This document shows, piece by piece, positions 1-10,788 of a stretch of DNA of 64,000 nucleotides. The notes beneath the pieces are model-generated. The model searched no databases, had not been told where the DNA came from, and saw only the letters and a program-made list of their open reading frames with translations. The translations under genes and the position numbers were made by a program. Position 1 is the first letter of the stretch; each line of letters begins with the position of its first letter. Source of the DNA: Minisyncoccota bacterium (lineage in GTDB: Bacteria; Patescibacteriota; Minisyncoccia; Phycocordibacterales; UBA918); NCBI GenBank assembly GCA_021734905.1, contig JAIPIB010000004.1, forward strand, positions 6,743 to 70,742, read 5' to 3'.

Positions 1-128
1 CCTCGTTTCTTATTAGGATGTTTGCTTTCCATAATATATTTATAAAAATTTAAAGTGTCATATTGTTTTTTCTTTCCTAAAAAACAATATGTGTAACAAA
101 ACATAATCGTTATACTCGTATTGTTTGG

Positions 129-1217
129 TTATTTATTCATTGGCATAACAAGATACCGTAAGGATGTGTCATGAACATTTTGGATAACCATTGGGCGGCC
201 AACACCAGCACATTTTATAAGAATACTCTCATCATAAATATGTGGAACAACCTCAGCAACATATCGTTGGTTAAAATTCAAAGTAACATCGTCTCCATCA
301 ACATTTGCAGCAATTGCCTCAGTTGTTGCTCCCGCCTCTCCGCTCTGTGCTGAAAGCGTGAAAGTGCCACCTGAAATTGTTACTGTTAGTTGCATAAATT
401 TATTAAGAAAGATGTTTGTCTTTTTTAGTGCATGCGCAAGATCTTTTGTTAGCAGGGTTATTGTGGTTTTGTACTCTTTTGGAATTATTTGTTCATAATC
501 AGGAAATGTTCCACTAATTAAACGTGAAGTAATATAAATCTGTTTCGTTACTAACGCACATTGATTTTCATTTATATAAAGCTCAACATCATCTTCGTCT
601 TCCACAACGCGCGCTAATTCAAGGGCATTTTTATAAGGTATAAGAATGGAATCGTTTAAAATAAAGTTTTTTTGTGGAATTGTTTTTTCCATAAGACGGA
701 AAGAGTCAGTTGCAACAAAGGTTAGGGAGTGCTCTTTTTTTTGATGAATGTAAATACTTCCTAGTTCTGGTTTAATTGATGATTGTGATGCAGTATTTGC
801 TGTTGTTTTAATACCTAACGCAAACACTTTTCCAGTAATATGTGCTGCTTCACCAGTCACCTGTGGAATATTTGGAAAATCATCAACTGGAATACTTTTA
901 ATTTCTGTTTTTGATGTTTGTGATTCAACATGCAAAACATCTCCTTCACTAGTAAGAGTGATTGTTTGTTGTGTAATAAGATTTATTGTTTGTAAAAGAA
1001 TTTGTGCAGGAACAGCAATAACCCCTTCTTCTTCTTGTGTAACTGAAAGTTTCCCCTCAATACCAATCTCAAGATTTGTTGCTTTAATAATTAAAATGTT
1101 GTTTTTTACTTCCAAAAGAACACATTGAAGAATTGGTAGTGTTATATGTTTAGTGCTGATTTTAGAAATAATCTCAAGAAGATGTTGTAGGTCTTTTGTA
1201 TTAGTTGTTATGTGCAT
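129..1217 (-). CDS. dnaN: DNA polymerase III beta sliding clamp
   Basis: 362 aa; ATNLEIGI, VATDSFRL, FPDYEQIIP motifs and C-terminal YLVMPM; directly downstream of dnaA. Confidence 0.97.
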   Translation of the reverse strand: MHITTNTKDLQHLLEIISKISTKHITLPILQCVLLEVKNNILIIKATNLEIGIEGKLSVTQEEEGVIAVPAQILLQTINLITQQTITLTSEGDVLHVESQTSKTEIKSIPVDDFPNIPQVTGEAAHITGKVFALGIKTTANTASQSSIKPELGSIYIHQKKEHSLTFVATDSFRLMEKTIPQKNFILNDSILIPYKNALELARVVEDEDDVELYINENQCALVTKQIYITSRLISGTFPDYEQIIPKEYKTTITLLTKDLAHALKKTNIFLNKFMQLTVTISGGTFTLSAQSGEAGATTEAIAANVDGDDVTLNFNQRYVAEVVPHIYDESILIKCAGVGRPMVIQNVHDTSLRYLVMPMNK

Positions 1218-1502
1218 ATCTTTCTTTTAATTATTTTTTTAAAACCAATTCTTTACTATTAGGGGTGTGGATGTGTGGATAGTCTGTAAGATATCCTAGA
1301 GATGTGGTATTTATTAAATCATTTTTATAACAAGAGTGTGTGTATAGAATGTGTGTGGTTAGTCAGAAAGTGTGAATAGGTAATTATTATTACTTTAATA
1401 AAAAAATTATTGTGGATTTAACTACTATAAAAAAGAAGTTATACGTAGTTATAGACAGGTGTATTATGATCTTTTTTAACACCTCTCCCCACACTATTCA
1501 CA
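1218..1502. other. Probable oriC: AT-rich dnaA-dnaN intergenic region with degenerate DnaA boxes
   Basis: TGTGGATAG (1274), TGTGTATAG, TGTGAATAG, TGTGGATTT, TTATAGACA, CTATTCACA plus AT-rich tracts. A perfect TTATCCACA lies inside dnaA (~1759) and more boxes lie upstream of dnaA. Confidence 0.65.
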
Positions 1503-2894
1503 TTATTTAAGGAGCATTCGAATTTGAGAAATTTCTTCCTCCAACTCAGTATCCTCCTTTATTTCACGTTTAATTTTCTCACACGAATGAATAACAGTCG
1601 TATGATCCCTACCTCCCAATTTTTGACCTATTGCGGGGTATGAAACTTGAAAATCCTCACGAAGAATATACATAATAAGTTGTCGAGGTTTTACAACCTC
1701 CTTTCGGCGAGTTTTTTCATAAATACTCGCCGGCTCGATATCAAAATATCGTGCAACTTTATCCACAACATCAGAGACAGCGAGTGATTTTCGTGGACGG
1801 GTACTATTTTTAATAAGTAATTTAACCTCATCAAGCGTAAGTGTTCTTCCAAGTAGTTGAGACTGACAGAGAATTGTATTGAGTGCGCCTTCAAGTTCTC
1901 GAATATTTCCTTCAATCGTGTTCGAGAGGTGGTCAACCACATCATCGCTTAAAGTAAGGGTATTTTGGGCAGCTTTTGACTTAAGAATAGCACCACGAGA
2001 CTCAATATCAGGTTGTGGAATATCAACAATCATTCCTTGTGCAAAACGAGACTGTAAGCGCGCCTCCATATTTGACATAAGTGCAGGATGAACATCGCTT
2101 GAGAAGACAATTTGTTTATTGTTGTCGTGCATAGCATTAAAGAGATGGAAAAGTTCCTCTTGAGTTTTTTCCTTATTCATAAGGAATTGGACATCGTCCA
2201 TAATAAGAACATCGTACTGTCTATATTTATCTTTAAAACTATTAGCAGTTCCGTTTTGGAGTGAATTCATATAATCAACAGTAAAACGTTCACTTGTGAC
2301 ATAAAAAACTTTCTTCCCGACGCGCTTCAGTTGGTTTCCAACAGCTTGGATGAGGTGTGTTTTCCCATGTCCCGTTTTCCCGTAAATAAAAAGTGGGTTG
2401 TAGGCAATTCCAGGTTTGTTTACAACGGTACGAGCAGCAGCATTCGCCAACTCATTAAAAGGACCAACAACAAAAGAATCAAAAATATATTTTGGGTTGA
2501 GATTGTCGCTTTTATTGATGTAATATTCCTCAAGGGGGAGGGCTGCATTCACGGTTTGTTTTTTAGAAACCTCGTGCCGTTTATCATTACGTTGCACAAC
2601 AACATATTCAACACTTCTTGCGTGTGGAGAAAGTTCGCGGAGAGTTTTAAGGATTAAACTTTGGAATTTGTCTGACACCCAATCTCGAACAAAGACACTG
2701 GGTACCCCTAACGTAACTGTCCCATCTTCAAGAGCTACAATATGTGTGTCGCGGAACCATGTTTTAAAATTTGCTCCCGTTATAGAAAGTTCAATACTCA
2801 CCAGAGCATCATCCCACAGCTGTTTAACGTCGATTTGTTCAGTGTGAAGGATGCTTGTTGAGATATTTGAAATAGAACTCATAGTTGAAATCAC
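1503..2894 (-). CDS. dnaA: Chromosomal replication initiator DnaA
   Basis: YNPLFIYGKTGHGKTHL Walker A, DDVQF, NIRELEGAL, GGRDHTTVIH domain IV. The start may be the ATG at 2882. Confidence 0.98.
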   Translation of the reverse strand: MISTMSSISNISTSILHTEQIDVKQLWDDALVSIELSITGANFKTWFRDTHIVALEDGTVTLGVPSVFVRDWVSDKFQSLILKTLRELSPHARSVEYVVVQRNDKRHEVSKKQTVNAALPLEEYYINKSDNLNPKYIFDSFVVGPFNELANAAARTVVNKPGIAYNPLFIYGKTGHGKTHLIQAVGNQLKRVGKKVFYVTSERFTVDYMNSLQNGTANSFKDKYRQYDVLIMDDVQFLMNKEKTQEELFHLFNAMHDNNKQIVFSSDVHPALMSNMEARLQSRFAQGMIVDIPQPDIESRGAILKSKAAQNTLTLSDDVVDHLSNTIEGNIRELEGALNTILCQSQLLGRTLTLDEVKLLIKNSTRPRKSLAVSDVVDKVARYFDIEPASIYEKTRRKEVVKPRQLIMYILREDFQVSYPAIGQKLGGRDHTTVIHSCEKIKREIKEDTELEEEISQIRMLLK

Positions 2895-3192
2895 TAAATT
2901 ACAAGAAGCATTATACTGTCCTGTGGAAAACTGTAAATACCAAATAGTAAAATGGCTTTAGTTCGTACTATCAGGCAGTACTGCTGTGTACAACATGTGG
3001 AGAACAATGTATACGCAGGACGTCAAACTAAATTTTAGTTAAAAATTAGGATTCCCTTTTAAGGGTAGGGTTTGTAGGGTAAAAATTGATAATAGGAGAA
3101 AAATGATGGGGAAAAAGAAACAAGAATTGTGTATGCTCTATGTTCTTGATTAAAAATAGGATTTAGTGTAGAGTGTGAGCCACAAACGTTAT

Positions 3193-3330
3193 ATGCCAAA
3201 ACGAACATATCAACCAAAGAAAAGAAAGAGAGCAACGACACATGGTTTTTTGGTGCGCTCTGCAACAACTCCTGGGTCTAAGGTACTTCAGGCAAGGAGA
3301 CGTAAAGGACGTGCGAAACTGAGCGTTTAG
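3193..3330 (+). CDS. rpmH: 50S ribosomal protein L34 (not in the ORF track)
   Basis: Hand translation: [45 protein letters not shown]; divergent from dnaA. Confidence 0.97.
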   Translation: MPKRTYQPKKRKRATTHGFLVRSATTPGSKVLQARRRKGRAKLSV

Positions 3331-3345
3331 GGTAAACTTAGAAAG

Positions 3346-3681
3346 ATGCTTCCAAAAAAAGAACGATTGAGTAGAGAAGAATTCAATCGGTTTTTTTTAT
3401 TGGGGAAAAGACACCATACGCCATCTCTTCAAATCGTGTATGTCCCCCACCCAACACTTCAGGTGTCAGTTGTTGTTTCAAAAAAGATTGCAAAATTAGC
3501 CGTTGAAAGAAATAAGATTCGGCGGCGGATTTATGATATTGTTAAGAACTGTCGGCCGGAGAAGAAGCCTCACGGAATTTTTATTTTTATAGTGAAAACA
3601 CCCGTAAGTGCGGTTCCTTATGCGGCTCTACGAGATGAAGTTGTCGCGGGAATAGATGCAGTAGGAAAGAAGTTTACTTAG
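3346..3681 (+). CDS. rnpA: Ribonuclease P protein component
   Basis: MLPKKERL N-terminus, VSKK..AVERNKIRRR (RNR motif), rpmH-rnpA-yidC synteny. Confidence 0.93.
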   Translation: MLPKKERLSREEFNRFFLLGKRHHTPSLQIVYVPHPTLQVSVVVSKKIAKLAVERNKIRRRIYDIVKNCRPEKKPHGIFIFIVKTPVSAVPYAALRDEVVAGIDAVGKKFT

Positions 3682-3706
3682 ATATAAACGTGAGGAGCAT
3701 ACACAT

Positions 3707-4453
3707 ATGAACTTTATTTGGCATTCATTTTTTTTCGATCCAATTTACAACAGCCTTGTTTTTTTTATAGATATTATTCCCGGAGGTGATGTTGGGATAG
3801 CAATTATTTTTACAGTTATTTTAGTAAAGACAATTATCCTCCCCGTTTCACTAAAAGCAGCGCGGACACAGTTTGCTATGCAAGAACTAGAACCAAAACT
3901 TACAAAGATTAAAGAAGATTTTAAAGATAAGCGTGAACTACAGGCAGTTAAGACCATGGAACTCTTTAAGGAGGCGAAGGTAAATCCTTTCTCAAGTATT
4001 CTCCTTCTCTTTATTCAAATCCCGATTGTCCTTGCTTTATATTTTTCTGTATCTCGTGGTGGAGGAACCCTCCTTCCAGCCATTAATACCGACCTTCTGT
4101 ATTCGTTTATTCCTACACCAGAGACTGTGAATATGATTTTTTTGGGAATTATGGATATAACACAGAAAAGTATGCCACTCGCACTTCTTGCTGGTGTGAC
4201 TCAGTATATTCACACAAAACTTTCTCTCCCGCCGCGAAAAGCACGTGACCCAAAAGCAGAACCAAATTTTAAAGATGATTTTGCGCACAGTATGCAGATG
4301 CAGATGCGATATGTGATGCCCGTTATTATTATTGTTGTTGCATATACAATTTCAGCAGCCATTGCACTTTATTTCACCATAAGTAATCTTATGGCAATCG
4401 CACAGGAATATGTAGTTCGACACAAGGGTCTCAAGTTGCCAATACAAAAATAA
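3707..4453 (+). CDS. yidC: YidC/Oxa1 membrane insertase (short form, no periplasmic domain)
   Basis: AMQELEPKL, VNPFSS, IQIPI, ALYFTISNL..IAQ motifs. Confidence 0.93.
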   Translation: MNFIWHSFFFDPIYNSLVFFIDIIPGGDVGIAIIFTVILVKTIILPVSLKAARTQFAMQELEPKLTKIKEDFKDKRELQAVKTMELFKEAKVNPFSSILLLFIQIPIVLALYFSVSRGGGTLLPAINTDLLYSFIPTPETVNMIFLGIMDITQKSMPLALLAGVTQYIHTKLSLPPRKARDPKAEPNFKDDFAHSMQMQMRYVMPVIIIVVAYTISAAIALYFTISNLMAIAQEYVVRHKGLKLPIQK

Positions 4454-4569
4454 CCTGCAGGAAAGAAACGAGGTAAATCTGCGAGAGATCAAAAATACAG
4501 AAAGCGAACTCCCCCTTTCTTCCTTATCGTCCTTCTTCTCCCACCCTTCCCTTATACTGCCCACACCCC

Positions 4570-4605
4570 TTACTCCACCTCGTCCACGTGGACGAGGTGG
4601 AGTAA
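4570..4605. terminator. Perfect 36-bp palindrome between convergent genes; probable bidirectional terminator
   Basis: TTACTCCACCTCGTCCAC|GTGGACGAGGTGGAGTAA. Confidence 0.6.
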
Positions 4606-4631
4606 TTAAAAAAAGAAAAGGAGTTTTTCGG

Positions 4632-5792
4632 TTATCGTGCAGACACTTGGGAAGCGTACATCCAAAGTGTGTTGTCGTTTTTATTTATGAAATAGAGGCT
4701 GGTTTCGTCAGAAGAAATACCGATTTTTGAGACATCTATTTCACGACCACTTTCAAGCTCAAAATTACTAATAACAGCACTCTCACCGGCTGTTGTATCA
4801 ATCCCCCAGAGAATATCGCTATAAGAAATTACTCCTTTATACCAACTGTCTGGGTTACTATTAGGAATTTCAAGGTTATACGGAGAAGCGCAGTATAAAA
4901 AGAGCTTGCCGGCCACACACTTTTCAGGGAGGATCGGTATCGAGACTTCTTCAGTCCCACCAACAATGTACGACGTTAAGCTGCCCTCTCCCGAATACGT
5001 GACAATAGGATTATCATGGAACATAAACCCCATCAGGCCTTTTTCTCCTTCTGTAACATACGCAAGCTCATCTTTGTTTATTTTGTAAATATGCCCAACA
5101 ACGCCTGCGGCTGGAGTTGTGTATACATAGATATAGTCTCCCCAAAGTACTCGGACATCCTGTAGGGGTATCGTAAAAAGTCTCGTCGCATTTGATGTTG
5201 AAAGAGTGTAAGAATAACCAGAAGAGCCAGCGTCCTCCAGTAGTCGATAAAAGATAATATTTGGAGTTTTGCCAAAAGAAATATCACGTGCTCCTTTTGG
5301 TAAAAAAGAGCCCTTGAGTGCGGTGTCACCTGAGGTTCCTGTGGGTACTGTACTTACGAGAGTATTCCTGCCCATATTTTCATAAGTACTTATTGCAACA
5401 GAAATACCGTCGAGAGAGAAGACCGCTTCTATTGCCTGTGGAATAGTTGTGGCGCTAATAAGTGACTCTGTTCCTGTGGTGAGATTGATATTGTAAATAT
5501 GTCCTGTGCCTTGTTCTACATAGAGAATTTCGTTTGATGAAGTGAAGGAGGCTCCCGCAACTGGACGAGTGGTGAGTTGACGAAGATTTTGTGGTTTACC
5601 TGCCTCAGTCTGTGGCGAGACATCAACCGTGCCCTGTGGCTGATTCAATGAAGAATTTTGGGTATCGGGGCCACCGGTAAATTTTGTAAAGATGCCACCA
5701 CTTTGAGGTGCCCCATAGATAAAGAAAAATAACCAGATAGCAGTAACGATGATGATGAGTATGCTTCCAATGATAATGTAGATTTTTTTCAT
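4632..5792 (-). CDS. Membrane-anchored extracellular protein, probable beta-propeller
   Basis: N-terminal TM; repeated beta-strand-like segments ending LYFINKNDNTLW; last gene of the secretion-like operon. Confidence 0.55.
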   Translation of the reverse strand: MKKIYIIIGSILIIIVTAIWLFFFIYGAPQSGGIFTKFTGGPDTQNSSLNQPQGTVDVSPQTEAGKPQNLRQLTTRPVAGASFTSSNEILYVEQGTGHIYNINLTTGTESLISATTIPQAIEAVFSLDGISVAISTYENMGRNTLVSTVPTGTSGDTALKGSFLPKGARDISFGKTPNIIFYRLLEDAGSSGYSYTLSTSNATRLFTIPLQDVRVLWGDYIYVYTTPAAGVVGHIYKINKDELAYVTEGEKGLMGFMFHDNPIVTYSGEGSLTSYIVGGTEEVSIPILPEKCVAGKLFLYCASPYNLEIPNSNPDSWYKGVISYSDILWGIDTTAGESAVISNFELESGREIDVSKIGISSDETSLYFINKNDNTLWMYASQVSAR

Positions 5793-5795
5793 ATA

Positions 5796-6545
5796 CTAAT
5801 TATGAATAACACATTTTGTTGATCCTAAAAAACCAACTTCCACTAACATTCCAGAGGGGCAAGTCATGACACCATCCGTCTTTGTCTTATCGAAATAGAG
5901 GCACTCTGCAACACCATCAGATATTGAAAATGTACTACCTTGCCTTGCATCACATTCTGCTTTAGTATCGCTCATCTTTTGAATATTATAGGTAAGATCT
6001 TTGTTACCAGCACAACCTTCTTCTAAATGACAATATGCAATTGTTGTTTTTGTTACTCGGGTACCAGTTGGATAATTGGTAATATTTTGGTTAGACCCTG
6101 AACCCGAAGGGCCACCTCCACTTGAAATTGGTGTGGGAAGAGCTATATCTGATGCGGTTCGAAGGACATCAATATTAGTAAGATTTGGGTTAATTTCGTT
6201 CAGGACTAAGTATGGAGCGAGAAGAAGAATAAGCCCAAAGAGGACACCTTTTATATCACTTTTTGCAGATGATTTCCCCGAGACACTGTCTGTTGTGCTG
6301 TATCGGACTCCGGCCCATGAGATACGAATGACAGCAAACATAGCACCAAGCCCAATAGCTAATTTGTAGACAGCATTTATATAGTCAGGAATTGTCGCTC
6401 CAGATGTTGGAAGTCCAGGGAGCCCAACAAGAGGAGTAAAGTCAGGTGTCGCTCCATGAATAAAAACAAAAGGGAAAAAGAAAAACGAAAGTACAAAAAT
6501 TAGGAATCTCCAACAGCTATGTAATAAAGTTTGTGAAGTTTTCAT
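5796..6545 (-). CDS. TrbC/VirB2-like pilin with Cys-rich C-terminal extension
   Basis: Signal peptide, two TM helices with the YINAVYKLAIG...AG.RY....S...AK..I...LFGLILLL..YLVL..INP pattern of CPR T4SS pilins; 6 Cys in the tail. Confidence 0.65.
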   Translation of the reverse strand: MKTSQTLLHSCWRFLIFVLSFFFFPFVFIHGATPDFTPLVGLPGLPTSGATIPDYINAVYKLAIGLGAMFAVIRISWAGVRYSTTDSVSGKSSAKSDIKGVLFGLILLLAPYLVLNEINPNLTNIDVLRTASDIALPTPISSGGGPSGSGSNQNITNYPTGTRVTKTTIAYCHLEEGCAGNKDLTYNIQKMSDTKAECDARQGSTFSISDGVAECLYFDKTKTDGVMTCPSGMLVEVGFLGSTKCVIHN

Positions 6546-6548
6546 ATA

Positions 6549-7538
6549 TTAGTCAAAAAATAATTTGAAGGCCTTTTCTACAAATTGAGGTATCCGTTGC
6601 TTTGTGACAATACGTAGGTCAATTTCCGCAGTACCTGATTCTCCAACACGGCGTAATGTTATTGCATTCGGAAACGAAAGATCAGAGGAAGCTGGAACAT
6701 TATTAATTTTCCAAGTGAAATCAGCATCATTACTGGAAAGAGCAGTATTCATATAATATGGCTCTCCAGAGATTGTCGTCTCCTCACCAAGAAGTGAAAA
6801 AGGACTCACAAGCTCTCGTTGTGAAAGGCCACGTAATGGATTTTGTTCATAAAAATGAAGCTCTGGGGAAACAGTGATTAGAGAAATATCACCCCCTCCA
6901 ACTAGGGTACCTTTTGCATTAAAAATTTCTACCGATAAAAGACCATTGTCATAATGTGGCATCGTAAAGTCGAGCACATTTTTACCATTAACAGGGCCAC
7001 CAAAAAGAACGGAACTACCTTGAGACCATTTATAGGTGTAGGATTTTTGAGAAGCGCCAGACCCGTCATGAATAATAGCAATTGCACGGAGGGCTGAATC
7101 AGTACTTGGAAGAGCTCTTCCCTTGTAAAAAAGAGGTACGTACGTCTTTGCTTCCAAAATAAGATCAGTAACAGTTGGGGCAATTATAATTGAAGAAGTA
7201 AGTGGAAGAGACCCCGCTCGGGTAAGTGCTACTTGGACAACAACTTCTTCTCCAAGTGCCCCTGTAGTAATCGTACATGAGCGCTCATTTCGACAATGAG
7301 ATTGAGCAACATCATTTGTATACCATCGAATATATGCGCCTGTAGTTTCAAGGCTATAAGCATCAAGGGAGATTTCCACTAAAGAGTGCGGCGCGGGGAA
7401 CTGTGGGTTTGGGATAAGATTCACACCCGCAGCATTTGTAGGAAGCGACTGAGCATGAAGGAAAGATATTCCAAGCCCAAAAAATAGGAAAAGTAAGACA
7501 CTATGCCCTAAAAAACGCCATGATTGCTTCATAGACAT
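6549..7538 (-). CDS. Secreted Ig-like/PKD-like repeat protein
   Basis: Signal peptide; repeated Y.W / YTYKW / FTWKIN beta-sandwich motifs. Confidence 0.55.
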   Translation of the reverse strand: MSMKQSWRFLGHSVLLFLFFGLGISFLHAQSLPTNAAGVNLIPNPQFPAPHSLVEISLDAYSLETTGAYIRWYTNDVAQSHCRNERSCTITTGALGEEVVVQVALTRAGSLPLTSSIIIAPTVTDLILEAKTYVPLFYKGRALPSTDSALRAIAIIHDGSGASQKSYTYKWSQGSSVLFGGPVNGKNVLDFTMPHYDNGLLSVEIFNAKGTLVGGGDISLITVSPELHFYEQNPLRGLSQRELVSPFSLLGEETTISGEPYYMNTALSSNDADFTWKINNVPASSDLSFPNAITLRRVGESGTAEIDLRIVTKQRIPQFVEKAFKLFFD

Positions 7539-7565
7539 ACCTATAGTTTATCACACGAGACAAGG

Positions 7566-8276
7566 TCAAGATTGTTCAGAACTGAATAATGACTGAAAGT
7601 TCATGTACACAACCCAGAGTATCAATGAAGGGAGTAAGTTTGTTACAGGAATAAGGCTTAATGCAATTACCAATAAGGTTATTCCTGTAGACATGCCTGT
7701 TGCAAAAGGATCATTCCCTAAAAATTTATACCAAATCCAAAAACCAAGAAAAGTTACTATCGCAATCAGAGAAGTCACTCCCCAAAATAATATTCCAATT
7801 TCTTGTGCGGGGAAAGGAGTGCTGAGATCAACAAACCAATTGAGAACTTTCCCTGTTATCGTGCTGGTACTAAAATCTTCATAGATAGAAACAAGAACGA
7901 AAGGTGTGAGGCTTAATACCCCAAAAATGAATTGCCATGTGTAACTTGTACATGCCACACCGATTCCCATCCATTTAGAAAACGAAGTAATTTTACGGGG
8001 CTTTGCGAGGCCTCCTTTTTGCATACGTGCCCTTTCAACAAGGTGCTTTGCGAAAGAACCTTTTCGTGAAGGAGAAGGAGCTTCCTCTGAAGAAGTACCT
8101 CGAAAGCGCGAGGCACCGTTTGCAGATTCTCTCCCGTCACGAAGGCTTGGGCGGGCAGACCGAAGACGTTCACTAGTGAGATGAGAACGAGCTCTATCTC
8201 CAAAACGCATCTGTGCATTTCGAATACCTCCTGTAGTATTTCGAGAGTCTTCTGTCTGTGACGAAGATTGTTCCAT
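7566..8276 (-). CDS. Hypothetical membrane protein (disordered N-terminus, 3-4 TM helices)
   Basis: Operonic ORF; hydrophobic C-terminal half. Confidence 0.6.
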   Translation of the reverse strand: MEQSSSQTEDSRNTTGGIRNAQMRFGDRARSHLTSERLRSARPSLRDGRESANGASRFRGTSSEEAPSPSRKGSFAKHLVERARMQKGGLAKPRKITSFSKWMGIGVACTSYTWQFIFGVLSLTPFVLVSIYEDFSTSTITGKVLNWFVDLSTPFPAQEIGILFWGVTSLIAIVTFLGFWIWYKFLGNDPFATGMSTGITLLVIALSLIPVTNLLPSLILWVVYMNFQSLFSSEQS

Positions 8277-8280
8277 AGAG

Positions 8281-10074
8281 TTATGGTGTGCCTAAAAGTT
8301 CTGCACGAGCTTGTTTAATTTGAAGAATTTGTGAAGGATCAGAGGTGATAATTTGATCTTCAGTGTATGAGGCAATAATTTTAATAGCAACATGTTTAAG
8401 ACCGACAAAGAAGATCCCCTCCCCTACTCCCGATTCAAGAAGCATAAATTTCTCTTCATCGGTAAGGTTGAAGACATCCTTAAGAGTATCAACCGCAGTT
8501 GGCGACTGTTTCATTAAGAGCTGAATGGAGGAGTTGGTAATCATCGGAACGCCATACGGTGAACGAAGAAAATCGTCAACATCCTGTGTGATTGTGGCAA
8601 GACCAAGATAATATTTTCGACCACGTTTAGCGATATTGTGAAGGAATGCGGCTGTGTCTTCTGACTTAAGCATCCACCAAGCTTCATCTATAACGAGAAG
8701 GCGTTTTTTTAATTCACGACGGACAGCCCCCCAGATATGATTTGTAATGATGTACATCGCGATAGTTTTCAGCTCTTCTTCCATGTCACGGAGTGAGAAA
8801 ACAACAAACTTTTGGTTGATGTCGACGTTTGTTGGCTCATTCATGAATCCAGACCATGTGCCTGAGGTGTATTTTGTAAGACGTTGGACAAGAGACTCAC
8901 TTCCCTCCATTCCAGCAAGAACCATTTCAAAATCAGAGAGGAGTGGCGGAGGGAGATCGCGATAATCACCCGACCCCGTTATGTCTTTTAGTGCGTATAC
9001 TTCATGGAGAGCTGTGTCGATAATAGCGTCTTCCTCAGGAGTAAGCCCCCCAAGCATAAGTTTAAAAAGCCCCACAAGTTCAATAATGTGTGAACGAAGT
9101 AGATCTTTCGGGTTCTCATCAGGAAGAGGAACAGGAAGATCAAAGGGGTTGATATGGTGATTTGATGAGAGAGAAATATTAAAAAATCTGCCTCCAGTAG
9201 CCTGTGCAAGATATTCATATTCATGTTCAGGGTCAATGACGAGTACTTCAGTACCAAACATGAGTGATCGGAGAATTTCGAGTTTAACTGCGTACGATTT
9301 TCCAGCACCAGATGTCGCAAAGGTCACTGAGTTGTAGTTGGTGAGAGAGAAACGGTCAAAAAGAACGAGCGAGCTGTTGTGTCGATTTACACCATAGAGT
9401 ATCCCCGTGTCTGATGTGAGATCAAAGGAGGTGAATGGAAAGAAACTTGAAAGAGGAGAGGAATTGAACTTACTGTGCACCATAAGTTTGTCTGAAAGAG
9501 TAGGAATGATGCTCCTGAAACCATCTTCTTGTTGAAAGAAAGCGGGCTTTATGTAGACCAATCGAGTGTCGAGCATTCCTTTTACTTCCCCTTCAATTTT
9601 GTTGAGTTCGGCTTCAGTATCCGCGTAGAGGGCAATATAAAGTCCAACATTAAAAAGCTTTTCCTCGGCTTGCTGGAGTTTGTCTCGAAGATCCTCGAGG
9701 TTGCGGTACGCAGCATCAAGTTGCGGATCTCTAACCATCCCCTTCTCGGCACGTTCATTGATTTGACTTTGCACTTCAGCTACCTTTTTTTGGAATTTCT
9801 TCAAGGTTTCGGCGGTATCAATAGGATGAATCACAATAGAGACATCGAGCTCACGTTCAATATTTAATACTGGCTCTAACCAACCATCATTGAGGTATCG
9901 TGGGTATGAAACTGCAAAAAAGATTCTAGAAAGCTTTCCGCTAATGTTAATGCTTTTTGGATTAACGCTAATTGCAGAGGGGGCAATAACGTCAGGTAAA
10001 GAAAGTGGCGCAGAATTAACCCCCTCTTCAAGGGCACCTTTTTTATTTTGTTGTATGAAATCAAAAAGCCCCAT
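8281..10074 (-). CDS. virB4: VirB4/TraC-like conjugation/secretion ATPase
   Basis: ATSGAGKSY Walker A, VIDPEHEY, LVIDEAW Walker B, RGRKY..L..ITQ. Confidence 0.9.
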   Translation of the reverse strand: MGLFDFIQQNKKGALEEGVNSAPLSLPDVIAPSAISVNPKSINISGKLSRIFFAVSYPRYLNDGWLEPVLNIERELDVSIVIHPIDTAETLKKFQKKVAEVQSQINERAEKGMVRDPQLDAAYRNLEDLRDKLQQAEEKLFNVGLYIALYADTEAELNKIEGEVKGMLDTRLVYIKPAFFQQEDGFRSIIPTLSDKLMVHSKFNSSPLSSFFPFTSFDLTSDTGILYGVNRHNSSLVLFDRFSLTNYNSVTFATSGAGKSYAVKLEILRSLMFGTEVLVIDPEHEYEYLAQATGGRFFNISLSSNHHINPFDLPVPLPDENPKDLLRSHIIELVGLFKLMLGGLTPEEDAIIDTALHEVYALKDITGSGDYRDLPPPLLSDFEMVLAGMEGSESLVQRLTKYTSGTWSGFMNEPTNVDINQKFVVFSLRDMEEELKTIAMYIITNHIWGAVRRELKKRLLVIDEAWWMLKSEDTAAFLHNIAKRGRKYYLGLATITQDVDDFLRSPYGVPMITNSSIQLLMKQSPTAVDTLKDVFNLTDEEKFMLLESGVGEGIFFVGLKHVAIKIIASYTEDQIITSDPSQILQIKQARAELLGTP

Positions 10075-10163
10075 AATACGTTATCTCAAAGGTTAAACAA
10101 CCAATGATGAAATGTAACTACTCATAACTATATTATACATGGTTTGCTTTGGAACAAATTCCT

Positions 10164-10784
10164 CTATCGTTGCGGTGCATGGGATAGGTCTTCAGGATTA
10201 AATATATGATAGAAAAGCTCCGTGAGTTCCTCTGTGCCAAGAGGAGCCGTTCGAATACCGATTCTTGAAAGTCCTTGTTCAACAACAGAGACACGTTGGT
10301 CGAGTTGTGTACGGTCTTCAAAAAACTTATCTTGCGATTCAACGGGAGTTTTAACTTTTGGCCGTAAAAATTGCTTAATACCTTTTACCTCAAGATTTGA
10401 TGGTGTGTACGGGACGACAATAAAAAAGTTCTTCGTCATAATATCCACCTGGCTTGTGAATGTTTGGATAAATTCCATATATTCACGAAGTTGAATTTTC
10501 ATAAGATCATTGTCCTGAAGGGGCTGCCTTGAAGTAAGTACTTCAAGATAAGGACGAATATCGAGCCGTCTTGATTGGATATATATTTGAATAGAAAAAT
10601 CAATGGAATTTAAAAATGATTGAAATTGAGAAAGTATTGCCTGCTGTTCATCGGTCGATTTTAAAGCGAAGTTTATCGATGAGGCAAGGAGTACCATACA
10701 CATCTGACCATCCTTTAAAATAACCACATCATCATGGATGTCATTTATTGGGACGAACTGTTGTGTTGCATTTTGTGTTGCCAT
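10164..10784 (-). CDS. VirB4-associated protein (TraC/TrsD N-terminal-like)
   Basis: MATQNATQQFVPI...SSINFALKS.DEQ.AI...FQSFLNS; lies between PrgI and VirB4. ATG at 10784 preferred over the track's start. Confidence 0.7.
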   Translation of the reverse strand: MATQNATQQFVPINDIHDDVVILKDGQMCMVLLASSINFALKSTDEQQAILSQFQSFLNSIDFSIQIYIQSRRLDIRPYLEVLTSRQPLQDNDLMKIQLREYMEFIQTFTSQVDIMTKNFFIVVPYTPSNLEVKGIKQFLRPKVKTPVESQDKFFEDRTQLDQRVSVVEQGLSRIGIRTAPLGTEELTELFYHIFNPEDLSHAPQR

Positions 10785-10788
10785 GATA

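Noticed and set aside
1-32. Start of a minus-strand gene (MESKHPNKKR...)
   Set aside because: Truncated by the window edge and too short to assign.
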